The notes under the pieces: model-generated | The model's input: only the letters and a program-made list of their open reading frames with translations | The model's database searches: none | What the model was told of the DNA's origin: nothing | Made by a program: the position numbers and the translations under genes | Shown here: piece after piece, positions 35,129 through 45,085 of the stretch | How positions within the stretch are numbered: position 1 is the stretch's first letter | How the letters are laid out: each line of letters begins with the position of its first letter | DNA from: a virus | Direction: 5' to 3' (one strand) | Virus record (IMG/VR): IMGVR_UViG_3300045988_094716 | Coordinates: 47,865 to 111,864 of that record | Length of the DNA stretch: 64,000 bases

Positions 35129-35470
35129 ATGGGAAATTGGAAACGCGCTATTGCCATCGACTTTGATGGCACTCTCTGTGAGAATAATTATCCTGATATC
35201 GGTGAACCAAACTGGAATGTGATCTACCAGGCAATTCAAGAACAGAAGCACGGTGCTGGTCTGATTCTCTGGACTTGTCGGGAAGGAAAGCTTCTGTATG
35301 ATGCAATGGAGGCTTGCTTTGATTGGGGTATTCAGTTTGATGCAATCAATGAGAGTCTTCCTGAGTGGAAAGAGCATTTTGGCACTGCTCCTAGAAAGGT
35401 TGGAGCTGATGAATATTGGGATGATAAGGCTGTAAAAGTAAAGAATGGAGAGTTGGTTGACAATGAATAA
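35129..35470 (+). CDS. small HAD-like phosphatase (113 aa)
   Basis: IAIDFDGTL motif I of the HAD superfamily. Confidence 0.4.
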   Translation: MGNWKRAIAIDFDGTLCENNYPDIGEPNWNVIYQAIQEQKHGAGLILWTCREGKLLYDAMEACFDWGIQFDAINESLPEWKEHFGTAPRKVGADEYWDDKAVKVKNGELVDNE

Positions 35471-35768
35471 AGTGGATAGTTACGATTTGTCATTAAATTT
35501 GCTTGACAAAGCACATCAATCACTTGCACATACTATTGCAGATTTAGAACTACTTCGGGAAGGTACAGCATTTAATCAGATTTTAAATGATGGTGCTCAC
35601 ATTATTGAACCGGATGAGTTGACTCATATTCTTGATAAATTTGCAGAGCAGCATCCAGATTGGGAGATTTGTATCGAAACTGACCACGGATCGGTTAGTG
35701 AGAAATTCAAGATGGATCATGTTTTCTACGAAGGAATGGGAGATATGATTGTTCTTGATTTTGAATGA
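35463..35768 (+). CDS. hypothetical protein (101 aa)
   Basis: ATG in ORF 35445..35768. Confidence 0.4.
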   Translation: MNKVDSYDLSLNLLDKAHQSLAHTIADLELLREGTAFNQILNDGAHIIEPDELTHILDKFAEQHPDWEICIETDHGSVSEKFKMDHVFYEGMGDMIVLDFE

Positions 35769-35771
35769 AAA

Positions 35772-36020
35772 ATGGAAAAACGACGATATAGATATTACAA
35801 AATTGATTACCGTACATATAATTATACGCTCAAGAAATATCACAACTTACACAGAGAAATCTACGCTGAAAATGCAAGAGATGCAGTTAAAATGCTAAAA
35901 AGCAAAGAGTGTAATCGTGAGTTTGAGATTGTTAAAGTCTACTTTGTTGATATTTTCGGTGATAGAAACGATAGGTTTTATCCACGAACTTATGTGATTG
36001 ATAAAGAAGATTTTGAGTGA
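35772..36020 (+). CDS. hypothetical basic protein (82 aa)
   Basis: ORF, weak RBS. Confidence 0.4.
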   Translation: MEKRRYRYYKIDYRTYNYTLKKYHNLHREIYAENARDAVKMLKSKECNREFEIVKVYFVDIFGDRNDRFYPRTYVIDKEDFE

Positions 36021-36029
36021 GGTGAGTAT

Positions 36030-36785
36030 ATGGTTTATATTACAGGCGATATTCACGGCGACTTTAATCGTCTCTTAAAGCTAAATAAGTTTTGCATTAG
36101 ACACAATCTTGGAAAGAATGATTGGATTATCTGCCTTGGCGATGCTGGTTTGAATTACTACGGCAAGGATGATTCTCGTGAATGGAGCATTAAGACCATT
36201 GCTGCGGACATCCCTGCGAATTTATTCTGCATTCATGGAAATCACGAGCGCCGCCCGTCTCGTAAGGATGGTTACAAACTAAGGAAGATTTGTGGTGATA
36301 TTTGCGGAAGAGTGTGGTATGACCCGCAGTTTCCAAACCAGTATTTTGCTATTGATGGTGAGGTTTACCAGATTCTTGCTGATAGGGAAATTCTGAACTG
36401 TCTTGTTTGTGGCGGAGCTTATTCCGTAGATAAATGTTATCGGTTGGAGCGTGGGTGGAATTGGTGGTCGGATGAACAGCCGAATGAAAAGACCAAGAAA
36501 AAGATCTGGAATATTACACATGACCCTCAAATTGATGATATTGATGTTATGCTCACGCATACCTGTCCATTCCGGTTCATTCCAACTGAATTGTTTATCG
36601 GTGGTATTGATCAAAGCACAGTAGACCAGTCAACTGAAATATTCTTTGATAATATATACGAATGCTATCCTAACGATTGTAAACCATTCTGGTACTTCGG
36701 CCATTTCCATGGTAACAAGTACACCGATGACTATGTGATGCTTTTCGACGACGTTGTTAAATTTGGAGATAAGAGGAAGGAGTAA
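36030..36785 (+). CDS. calcineurin-like metallophosphoesterase
   Basis: GDIHGD, CLGDAG, GNHE motifs. Confidence 0.7.
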   Translation: MVYITGDIHGDFNRLLKLNKFCIRHNLGKNDWIICLGDAGLNYYGKDDSREWSIKTIAADIPANLFCIHGNHERRPSRKDGYKLRKICGDICGRVWYDPQFPNQYFAIDGEVYQILADREILNCLVCGGAYSVDKCYRLERGWNWWSDEQPNEKTKKKIWNITHDPQIDDIDVMLTHTCPFRFIPTELFIGGIDQSTVDQSTEIFFDNIYECYPNDCKPFWYFGHFHGNKYTDDYVMLFDDVVKFGDKRKE

Positions 36786-36787
36786 GA

Positions 36788-39700
36788 ATGTCAAGTAGTC
36801 TACACACGCACTCAAATTACAGTCTGCTAGATGGGTTCTCTTCTCCAGAAGAAAATCTAAAAAGAGCATCTGAGCTTGGTCTGAAAGCCATTGCCATTAC
36901 GGAACATGGTGAGGTAACGAGCTGGCCGTACTATTCAGAATTAAAAGACAAGTATCCGAACGTCAAACTTCTTTATGGTATCGAGGCATACGAGTGTGAA
37001 GATAGGGAAGTCAAGGATAAGAACAGCAAATATTGGCATTTAATCATTATTGCCAAGAACGAAGCTGGCCGTCAGGCAGTTAATCGTTTGTCTACGCTTG
37101 GTCATCTTCGTGGTTTTTACAGCCGTCCTCGCATTACAAAAGAGGACATCGCCAAAGAAGACACGAATAATCTGATTATTTTATCTGCTTGTTTGGTGAG
37201 TAGGTTGTCCAGAACGGATGATTATGACACTTGTGTCAAACTGGTTCAAGAGTATAAGAGCTTATTCCCCCACTATTATCTTGAGGTCCAGGCTCACGCA
37301 AACAGTGAACAGGCAAAATACAACCAGAAAATCATGCGGTTGGCAAACGATACTCATATAAAAGTAGTCGTCACAAACGATGTTCATGCAGCTACCAAAG
37401 AGGATCTTTATTATCAAGACTACTTCCTTCGTATCGCACATGATACGGAAACTGCCGCAGAGATCTATGAAGGATGTTATTTCATGTCTCGTGAAGAGCA
37501 ACATGAAGTTCTTGACGGACAGATTGGATATGATGCAGCAGAATGGTGTATCAACAACACTGATGAGGTTGCTGACTTGTGTGACTATGTGGATATGCCT
37601 TGGCACGAACCTGAACTTCCTAAAATCGAGATTCCTCCACAGTATTCCAACTCAGCAGCTTACTTGAAAGACCTTGTAAAAGAGGGATGGAAGAAACGTG
37701 GCATCGATAAGTTTGATGTAGAGAAACAGAAAATCTACCGCAAGCGTGTTGATGATGAGCTGTATGTTATTGAACAGAAAGACTTCTGCGACTACTTTTT
37801 GATTCTGGTTGATTACATCAACTGGTGCAAGCAAAATGATGTCATTGTTGGCCCTGGTCGTGGTTCTGCCGCTGGTTCTCTTGTATGTTATCTGATTGGT
37901 ATTACCCAACTTGATTCAATTAAGTACGAGCTTGACTTCGGACGATTCCTTACTATTGAGCGAAAAGACCTTCCTGACGTTGATGTGGATGTTAGCGACC
38001 GCGCAAAGGTTGTTGAGTATTTGACACAGAAGTACGGAGAAGATCGAGTAGTTCAGGTTATGAACATCGTGTACACTACTCCGGTCACTTCGATTCAAGA
38101 CGTTGGTAAAGTTCTCGGCTTTCCGTATGCTGAAATAAGAAAAATCAGCGAGAAGTTCGTTCAAAAGACATGGAAAGATTGCCTTGAAGCCAACCCGGAA
38201 GTTGCAAAAAATCCGAAGTATCAGGAATTACTTGACATCGCAAGTCACATCAATGGTCGTCCACGAGGATATGGCATCCATGCTGGTGGTGTTATCGTCT
38301 GCCGACATCCTTACTATGAATATATCGGTATCCGGCATGGTACTGACGGAGAGCACGTTATTTCCGTTGACAAGGTGATGGACGAGAAGATTGGACTTGT
38401 TAAGTTTGATATTCTTGGTGTTGCGTCGCTGGTTGCCATTGATGAAGCGAAGCGTGAGGATAATATTCCAGACTGGGAAATTGATATCAATAATCCTGAG
38501 TTTGAAAACGACAAGGCAACTTACGATTTGATTTGTTCTGGCCGGACAGATAATCTATTCCAGATTGAATCGTCCGGCATGAAAGATCTGGTTGCGCAGC
38601 TTCAGCCGAGGTCGATTGAAGAGTTGTCTGCTCTGATTGCTCTTTATCGTCCTGATGCAATGCCGTCGATTCCTACATACGTTGATTGCAAGTACCATCC
38701 TGAACATATTCACTACTTCCATCCTGATATGGAACCAATTTTCCGCAGTACCTATGGCGTGAATATCTATCAGGAACAGAGCATGAAGCTCACGAAGGTC
38801 TTTGGTGGTAGAAACGATGCCGGTGCTGATAGAATGCGTAAGTGTTTGGCAAAGAAGAAACCTGAGAAAGTCAAGGAAGAAGTCGAACTTCTTCATGATG
38901 AGATTATTGCGAATGGATACGACAAAGAGACCGCCGAGTACATTTGCAACGAGTTGTCAACGAAGGGCGGCTATGGTTTCAACGCCAGTCATTCTCAGGC
39001 ATACGCTGTTATTTGCCTTCAAACGGCATACTTAAAAGCACATCATCCGCTTGCATTCTTTAAGGCTATGCTGAACCTAAATAAAGCAAAGGTTGGTAAG
39101 GTCAACAAGATTATGGTGGATGCACGCAGCTTTGATATTCAGATTCTTCCTCCGAGTATCAATCGTTCCGGTATGGATTTCACTGTGTCAAATGGTAAAA
39201 TCCTGTTTGGCTTATCTGCTATCGGTGGTATTGGCAATACGCTTGCTGAGGCTATCATTGCAGAACGAGATAGAAATGGAAAATTCAAGGGGCTTGAAGA
39301 TTTTACAAGTCGTGTCCGTGCAACGAAAACACAGATAATTGCATTGGTTAAATCCGGTGCGATTCCTACAAAGAACAAACGAGTATTTTTGGAAAAGTAC
39401 ATTGCCAGCGGGCTGGAACAATCCGAGTTTAAGCCTGTGAACACGCTTCCTACTAAGGCGGTTTTGCTGAGTAAGTGGGGTATTGATACGGAGCATTATA
39501 AGGTTGGTAAAAAGGTTGATAAAGAAACTGTCCTACGAATCTATAACGAAAAGCGCCGTGTCGTACATGAAACTGAAAAGCTCAAGAAAAAAGAATCATA
39601 TATGGCCGAGCAATCGGAGAAGTATTTGAAAGACGAACAGTTCTGGGAGTTCCAGACGCTGCAGACGTTCATCATTGATAAGAACCCGTTTGAAAAGGCA

Positions 39701-40003
39701 TACGAGTATATTCAGGACTTTTCGGAGCTTGAAGAAGGTGATTCTTGTGTGCTTGTTGGTATTATCGCAAAGATCCAAAAGAAGAAAACAAAGACTGGTA
39801 TGCAGTTTGCATTTGTAAATCTATATTCTGGCGATGGTATCATTGAGCTGACCGTATGGCCGAGGGTCTTGTCAGATTATCAGGACTTGATTGTAAAGGG
39901 AAGTCAGGTAGCTGTGCTCGGAAAAAAGGAAGATGAATCGCACGTTATTGCGAATGACTTCAAGCCTTATAGGCAATGGCTGCATGATAGAGAGATAAGG
40001 TAA
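36788..40003 (+). CDS. dnaE: DNA polymerase III alpha subunit (DnaE-type, 1071 aa)
   Basis: N-terminal PHP domain HTHSNYSLLDGFSSPEE; typical length and organisation. Confidence 0.85.
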   Translation: MSSSLHTHSNYSLLDGFSSPEENLKRASELGLKAIAITEHGEVTSWPYYSELKDKYPNVKLLYGIEAYECEDREVKDKNSKYWHLIIIAKNEAGRQAVNRLSTLGHLRGFYSRPRITKEDIAKEDTNNLIILSACLVSRLSRTDDYDTCVKLVQEYKSLFPHYYLEVQAHANSEQAKYNQKIMRLANDTHIKVVVTNDVHAATKEDLYYQDYFLRIAHDTETAAEIYEGCYFMSREEQHEVLDGQIGYDAAEWCINNTDEVADLCDYVDMPWHEPELPKIEIPPQYSNSAAYLKDLVKEGWKKRGIDKFDVEKQKIYRKRVDDELYVIEQKDFCDYFLILVDYINWCKQNDVIVGPGRGSAAGSLVCYLIGITQLDSIKYELDFGRFLTIERKDLPDVDVDVSDRAKVVEYLTQKYGEDRVVQVMNIVYTTPVTSIQDVGKVLGFPYAEIRKISEKFVQKTWKDCLEANPEVAKNPKYQELLDIASHINGRPRGYGIHAGGVIVCRHPYYEYIGIRHGTDGEHVISVDKVMDEKIGLVKFDILGVASLVAIDEAKREDNIPDWEIDINNPEFENDKATYDLICSGRTDNLFQIESSGMKDLVAQLQPRSIEELSALIALYRPDAMPSIPTYVDCKYHPEHIHYFHPDMEPIFRSTYGVNIYQEQSMKLTKVFGGRNDAGADRMRKCLAKKKPEKVKEEVELLHDEIIANGYDKETAEYICNELSTKGGYGFNASHSQAYAVICLQTAYLKAHHPLAFFKAMLNLNKAKVGKVNKIMVDARSFDIQILPPSINRSGMDFTVSNGKILFGLSAIGGIGNTLAEAIIAERDRNGKFKGLEDFTSRVRATKTQIIALVKSGAIPTKNKRVFLEKYIASGLEQSEFKPVNTLPTKAVLLSKWGIDTEHYKVGKKVDKETVLRIYNEKRRVVHETEKLKKKESYMAEQSEKYLKDEQFWEFQTLQTFIIDKNPFEKAYEYIQDFSELEEGDSCVLVGIIAKIQKKKTKTGMQFAFVNLYSGDGIIELTVWPRVLSDYQDLIVKGSQVAVLGKKEDESHVIANDFKPYRQWLHDREIR

Positions 40004-40015
40004 GAGGATTGTAAA

Positions 40016-43000
40016 GTGGCAGATAAGAAATTTAATGAAAATATGATCCGTTGCTACATCAGGATAAAACGAGTCTTTTATCCGAAAGATGGGAGGGAGG
40101 TGGAGCCCGGCGGCTTCGCCACTTTCTCTGCCGAGGTGGTAAAAGTCAAGCAGGGAAATCCTATCATGAGCCGATACAGCGACCTTCGGCTAAAAGGCAA
40201 CGTTCCTAGCCTCGATATGGATAAAACTTATTCGTTCTGTGGTGAGTATGTTCACCATGAAAAGTTTGGTGACCAGTACAAAATCATCTATATGAATGAG
40301 TTTCAAGAGATCGCTGATCCGGAAGAACAAAAAAGCTTTCTCCGTTTTATTTTGACTGACCATCAGTTTGAGATGCTTTACGAAGCATTCGAGAATCCGT
40401 ATGAAATCATCAAGAATGGTGACATCAAGTCCCTTTGTACTGTTAGCGGTATTACGGAAGGTCGAGCACAAAAGATTGTTGACTCTTTTGAAAACAACAT
40501 TGATAACAGTGAAGCGTACACGAAACTGATTGAGTACGGTTTGACTCCCAGTGCTATTGAAAAGCTTGTTCGTCAGTATCACGGTGCAGACACTCTGGTA
40601 AGAAAAATTGAGGAGAATCCTTACGTCCTGATCGATGATGCGTATGGCATCGGCTGGAAAAAAGCTGACGCTCTTGCTTTGAATATGGGTTTAAAGCACA
40701 ATTCGCAATTCAGAATCGAAGCTTACGTCATGCATTTTCTTGCCGCCCGTGCCGAAGAAGGCAATTCTATCATTCCGGCAAACCAGACAATCAATAGCTG
40801 TATCAAGGAACTTGAATTGAACGAGGGAGACCAAGAGGTCATTAAGAGGGCACTTTTTCATCTGCATGATGTACGTGAAACACTTTGGTGGAGCGATGAC
40901 CGTCAGGAATTTGCTTTAACTAGAGTGTGGAATCTGGAAGATAGTATTGCGAAGGAAATCAAGCGTCTGGCGGATGCTCCTGTTGAGCCGATTGGTCGAA
41001 ATATGGATGCAGCAATCAATGAGGCAGAAAATGCGCTTGGTATCGAATATACAGAAGAGCAAAGAGATGCTATTAAAAAGGTATGCTCTAGCAACGTCTG
41101 TATCTTAACAGGCTACGGCGGATGCCTCGATGCAGAGATGGAGTTCTTTAATGGTGTCCAATGGAAAAAAATGAAAGATTATGTTAAGGGCGACAAAGTT
41201 CTTCAATATAATGAAAATGGGACTACAACGCTTGTTGAGCCTGAGAAATATGTAAAATTCAAATGTGAATATCTATATCACATGAAAAACAAGTCGGGTA
41301 GTATCAATCAACTATTGAGTGCAGAGCATAATGTTGTTTACTTGACCAGCAAAAACAATTTAGCTAAAATCCCAATGTGGGAGTTGTATCAAAGAAATAT
41401 TAAACGAAAGTCTGGGTTTAACGGACATTTTATAACAACGTTTAATTATGATGGTCCAGGAATCGATTTGAGCGATGCGGATATTAGACTAATGTGTGCT
41501 GTTATTTGCGATGGATCGTTTTTGAAGGATCATAAATCAGCTTGGTGTAGAGTAAACGTAAAAAAAGAGCGAAAGAAACTTCGCATGAGAAGACTTCTTT
41601 CGGAAAGTGGTAGATACTTTGATGAGCATCAGTGGAATCCAAAAGACTTAGAATATTCGAACTTTGTCTTTTACGCTCCAAGAAAAGAAAAAAGATTTAC
41701 TTCGTATTGGTATAGCTGTAATCATCATCAGCTAGAGGTAATTTGCGATGAGATTCTAAATTGGGACGGTCATGTGAAAGAGGGGAGACGGAAAGATTTT
41801 AGTACACTGATTAAAGAAACGGCAGATTTTATTCAGTTCGCATTTTCTTCTTGTGGTTATCGTTCTGTTGTACATGAATCAAATATTGAACGGCACGGTA
41901 GAATGGTCACAGAGTATAATGTTCATATTGTGCAACACTCGAATGGAAAGGTTTCTCTTATGACAAAAGGCAGTAAAAGCGATATTGATATTGTTCGTTC
42001 AAGCGATGGATATAAGTATTGTTTTACTGTTCCGTCTCATATGTTTCTGACAAGATATAATGGAAGAATTTGTGTCACAGGTAACACTGGCAAAAGTACC
42101 GTTGTCGCTGGTGTTCTAAAGGTTCTTCGTGGTAAGTCTTTTGCTCAGACTGCACTTTCTGGTCGCGCCGCAGCTCGTATGCAGGAGATTACTGGTCAGG
42201 ACGGTAAGACTATTCACCGTCTTCTTGGATATGACATCGAGAACGGTGGGTTTGTTCACGATAAGGACAATCCTCTGGATGAGGACATTATCATTCTGGA
42301 TGAGACCTCTATGGTTGGTGCTCAATTGTTTTACGATTTGATTCAGGCAATCGAAACTGGCAAGCGATTCATCATGATTGGTGATGACGGCCAGCTTGAG
42401 AGTATCGGTATGTGTAACATCTTCAAGGATATGCTTGCATCTAAGGTTGTTCCTGTGGCTCGTTTGACTAAGATCCATCGTCAGGCAGCCAAGTCTGCAA
42501 TTATCACGGAGAGCATTAAGGTTCGTAACGCTACGCAGTTGGTTCCTTATGGCTGGGCTGGCAGTGAGATTCGTGGTGAACTTCGTGATTTGGAGCTTGA
42601 TATCTATAAAGACGCAAGTGAGTCATTCAATCACATCATCAATCAGTACCGTACCTTATATAATAAGGTAGGGAATGATAGTTCGAAGATTCAGATTGTA
42701 CTTCCACAGAAGCTGCGTGGCAGTATCTGCACCTACGAAGTCAATAATGCTATTCAGGAAATTGTGAATCCGAGTCGTGGTCAAGCAGAAGCAAAAGTCA
42801 CAATCTATGGTGATGGCAAGGATAGGGTGTATACTCTGCGTGAGGGCGATCAGGTCATCATCAACAAGAACAACTATGAGCTTCACACATACAATCTCAA
42901 GACAAATAAAAAGGAAGAGAAGTGTCCGGTGTTCAATGGGAACCGTGGCATTATCCGAAAGATTGAAAGTAGTTTTATTCTGGTTAATTTTGACCAGTGG

Positions 43001-43309
43001 GGAACGATCTTCATCCCTCATTACTTTGGCGGAAACAATATCTGGGCAACACTTGAGCTTGCTTATGCTTTGAGTTGTCATAAACTGCAGGGCAGTGAAG
43101 CTCCGTATGTGATTGTTGGTATGGACAACTCTGCGTACTTGATGCTGACGAGAGAATGGCTCTATACGGCCATCACTCGTGCAAAGAAGTATTGTATGAT
43201 TTGCGCCGAAACTCACGCTCTTGATCGGGCTGTAAAGACTTCGAGAGTTCCATATAAGCGGACGTTCTTGAAGGAATTTTTACGGAAAGAATTTTCAGAA
43301 AAGCATTGA
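40016..43309 (+). CDS. RecD-like SF1 DNA helicase (RecD2-type with HhH) interrupted by an intein (GTG start)
   Basis: split Walker A ILTGYGG/TGKST flanking the intein; C-terminal SF1 helicase motifs (LQGSEAPYVIV, TAITRAKK). Confidence 0.7.
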   Translation: MADKKFNENMIRCYIRIKRVFYPKDGREVEPGGFATFSAEVVKVKQGNPIMSRYSDLRLKGNVPSLDMDKTYSFCGEYVHHEKFGDQYKIIYMNEFQEIADPEEQKSFLRFILTDHQFEMLYEAFENPYEIIKNGDIKSLCTVSGITEGRAQKIVDSFENNIDNSEAYTKLIEYGLTPSAIEKLVRQYHGADTLVRKIEENPYVLIDDAYGIGWKKADALALNMGLKHNSQFRIEAYVMHFLAARAEEGNSIIPANQTINSCIKELELNEGDQEVIKRALFHLHDVRETLWWSDDRQEFALTRVWNLEDSIAKEIKRLADAPVEPIGRNMDAAINEAENALGIEYTEEQRDAIKKVCSSNVCILTGYGGCLDAEMEFFNGVQWKKMKDYVKGDKVLQYNENGTTTLVEPEKYVKFKCEYLYHMKNKSGSINQLLSAEHNVVYLTSKNNLAKIPMWELYQRNIKRKSGFNGHFITTFNYDGPGIDLSDADIRLMCAVICDGSFLKDHKSAWCRVNVKKERKKLRMRRLLSESGRYFDEHQWNPKDLEYSNFVFYAPRKEKRFTSYWYSCNHHQLEVICDEILNWDGHVKEGRRKDFSTLIKETADFIQFAFSSCGYRSVVHESNIERHGRMVTEYNVHIVQHSNGKVSLMTKGSKSDIDIVRSSDGYKYCFTVPSHMFLTRYNGRICVTGNTGKSTVVAGVLKVLRGKSFAQTALSGRAAARMQEITGQDGKTIHRLLGYDIENGGFVHDKDNPLDEDIIILDETSMVGAQLFYDLIQAIETGKRFIMIGDDGQLESIGMCNIFKDMLASKVVPVARLTKIHRQAAKSAIITESIKVRNATQLVPYGWAGSEIRGELRDLELDIYKDASESFNHIINQYRTLYNKVGNDSSKIQIVLPQKLRGSICTYEVNNAIQEIVNPSRGQAEAKVTIYGDGKDRVYTLREGDQVIINKNNYELHTYNLKTNKKEEKCPVFNGNRGIIRKIESSFILVNFDQWGTIFIPHYFGGNNIWATLELAYALSCHKLQGSEAPYVIVGMDNSAYLMLTREWLYTAITRAKKYCMICAETHALDRAVKTSRVPYKRTFLKEFLRKEFSEKH
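41123..42085 (+). mobile_element. intein (321 aa) with LAGLIDADG-type homing endonuclease, inserted in the helicase P-loop
   Basis: begins with Cys after ILTGYGG, ends ...NGRICVTGN followed by Thr; removal restores ILTGYGGTGKST; LMCAVICDGSF LAGLIDADG-like block; AT-richer than host gene. Confidence 0.65.
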
Positions 43310-43334
43310 CAATTATATTTGTATCCTATATAAT
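43306..43334 (+). promoter_or_regulatory. sigma70-like promoter TTGACA-N17-TATAAT containing GTATCCTATATAATATAG
   Basis: perfect -35/-10 hexamers; near-identical to the promoter at 15852. Confidence 0.6.
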
Positions 43335-43402
43335 ATAGTTATAAAAAGTCTCCATCCCGGAGGCTTAAAATTCTCTCTTTAGGTACATAACACAGGATAC
43401 GA

Positions 43403-43442
43403 GAAAGAGAAGGCTTGCTCGTAACGACAAGCCTTTCTTTAT
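43403..43442 (+). terminator. rho-independent terminator (10-bp GC-containing stem AGAAGGCTTG / CAAGCCTT then TTCTTT)
   Basis: stable hairpin followed by T-run. Confidence 0.6.
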
Positions 43443-43482
43443 TAGCTATAACTATATAACACAGGATACGCAAGGAGGCTTT

Positions 43483-44796
43483 ATGACAGATAAAGAGCTC
43501 ATAGGTAAGCTTGATGCGATGGTTAAGGCATTGCAGAAAGCAAAGAAAAAGACGGACAAGACCCGCATTTTGCTGGATGCACGTAAGGATTTTGGAGATG
43601 AAGCTGATGAGTTGATGGCATTCTTCCGATTCCTGCTTGACCCGGCAATTGTTACTGGCCTGTCTGATGCAAAGATCAATAAGAAGGTAGCTGCAAAGCC
43701 GGATATCGATGTTCAGTATCTCAGCTGCGGATACCTTTATATTATGGGTGCTAGTCACAATACAGGCTCTGATACATCCATCGCAACAATCCAGAATTAT
43801 TTACATAAAAATCCTGAATACGAAGAGTTTCTGAAACGACTGTTCACTAAGAACCTGCCGATCGGAGTCGAGGCAGCTACCATCAATAAGGTGTACGGCG
43901 AAGAGATTGTTCCTGTCTGGGAGGTTCAGCAGGGATATCCGATTGACAAGGTTAAACTGAAGCGGAATGAAATGATTTTTGTATCGCGCAAATTAAATGG
44001 AGTGCGCGGCACCTTTATCAATGGTCAGCTCATTTCCAGACAGGCGCAAAAGTTTACTGGACTTGACCACATTATCAACGATATTAAAAATACTGGCTAT
44101 TTTGGTTATGTATTTGATGGAGAGTTAATTCGTAAGAATGTCGATGGTCTGTCAGATAACAAAAATTTCGTTGTTGGGACAGGCATTATTAACAGCGATT
44201 CTACAGATAAGAGCTGCATCAAGTTCGTAATTTTCGATATGGTTCTACAGAGACAGTTTGAAAATGACGAGTGTGTTGAACGATATTCAGTTCGTAAACA
44301 GCGGCTTCTTGAACTGAAAGAGAAAATCAAGCAGCACAATCTTCAAAACATTGAAGTTGTCGAGATGGTCTACGAAGGAACCGACCATTCACAGATTACT
44401 AAATGGCTTGATTATGCTGTTGAAAATGACTGGGAAGGACTTGTCTGTAACAGAGATGTCCCTTACCGCCGGGCACGACATAATGGATGCCTGAAAGTAA
44501 AACGTTTTTATACTGTTGATCTTCGTATCATCGTGATTGAAGAAGGTCAGAACCGTCTGGCTGGTACGATGGGCGCTCTGGTTGTTGATTACAAAGGTAA
44601 CGAGATTCGTGTTGGTTCCGGTTTTGATGATGCTACGAGAGCTGCTGTGTGGGCAAATCCTGATAATTACATCGGCAAGATTGTGGAGTGTAAATATAAA
44701 GAGGTCACGATGGATAAAAAGACCGGCCTTGAGTCTCTGCAATTCCCGACGTTTGTAAGATTTAGAGATGACAAGAACGAGGTGTCTTATGGCTGA
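43483..44796 (+). CDS. ATP-dependent DNA ligase (437 aa)
   Basis: motif I KLNGVR (KxDG variant), motif III FDGEL, motif IV EGLV, motif V LKVKR. Confidence 0.65.
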   Translation: MTDKELIGKLDAMVKALQKAKKKTDKTRILLDARKDFGDEADELMAFFRFLLDPAIVTGLSDAKINKKVAAKPDIDVQYLSCGYLYIMGASHNTGSDTSIATIQNYLHKNPEYEEFLKRLFTKNLPIGVEAATINKVYGEEIVPVWEVQQGYPIDKVKLKRNEMIFVSRKLNGVRGTFINGQLISRQAQKFTGLDHIINDIKNTGYFGYVFDGELIRKNVDGLSDNKNFVVGTGIINSDSTDKSCIKFVIFDMVLQRQFENDECVERYSVRKQRLLELKEKIKQHNLQNIEVVEMVYEGTDHSQITKWLDYAVENDWEGLVCNRDVPYRRARHNGCLKVKRFYTVDLRIIVIEEGQNRLAGTMGALVVDYKGNEIRVGSGFDDATRAAVWANPDNYIGKIVECKYKEVTMDKKTGLESLQFPTFVRFRDDKNEVSYG

Positions 44797-45085
44797 TGTT
44801 AGGTTGATTGACGCAAATGCTTTGCTTGACCGAAATAATTGGACAATCAAGCAATACAGTGAAAAAGAAGCCGATGCTTGGCGAGACGGTATCGCTCTCA
44901 TGAAGAAAAATATTGAAAACGCTCCGACAATTGACGCGGAATCTATGCGGCCTAGAGGATATTGGATTCGGCGTAAAGATAGATACGATGGGGCATGGGG
45001 TTGCTCAATCTGTGGGAATACTGTAGGACCAGTCATAGCCCTATGTTCAAAATACTGTCTAAATTGCGGAGCAAAAATGAGGTAA
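44789..45085 (+). CDS. hypothetical zinc-ribbon protein (98 aa), overlaps ligase 3' end
   Basis: CSICGN...CLNCG. Confidence 0.4.
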   Translation: MADVRLIDANALLDRNNWTIKQYSEKEADAWRDGIALMKKNIENAPTIDAESMRPRGYWIRRKDRYDGAWGCSICGNTVGPVIALCSKYCLNCGAKMR

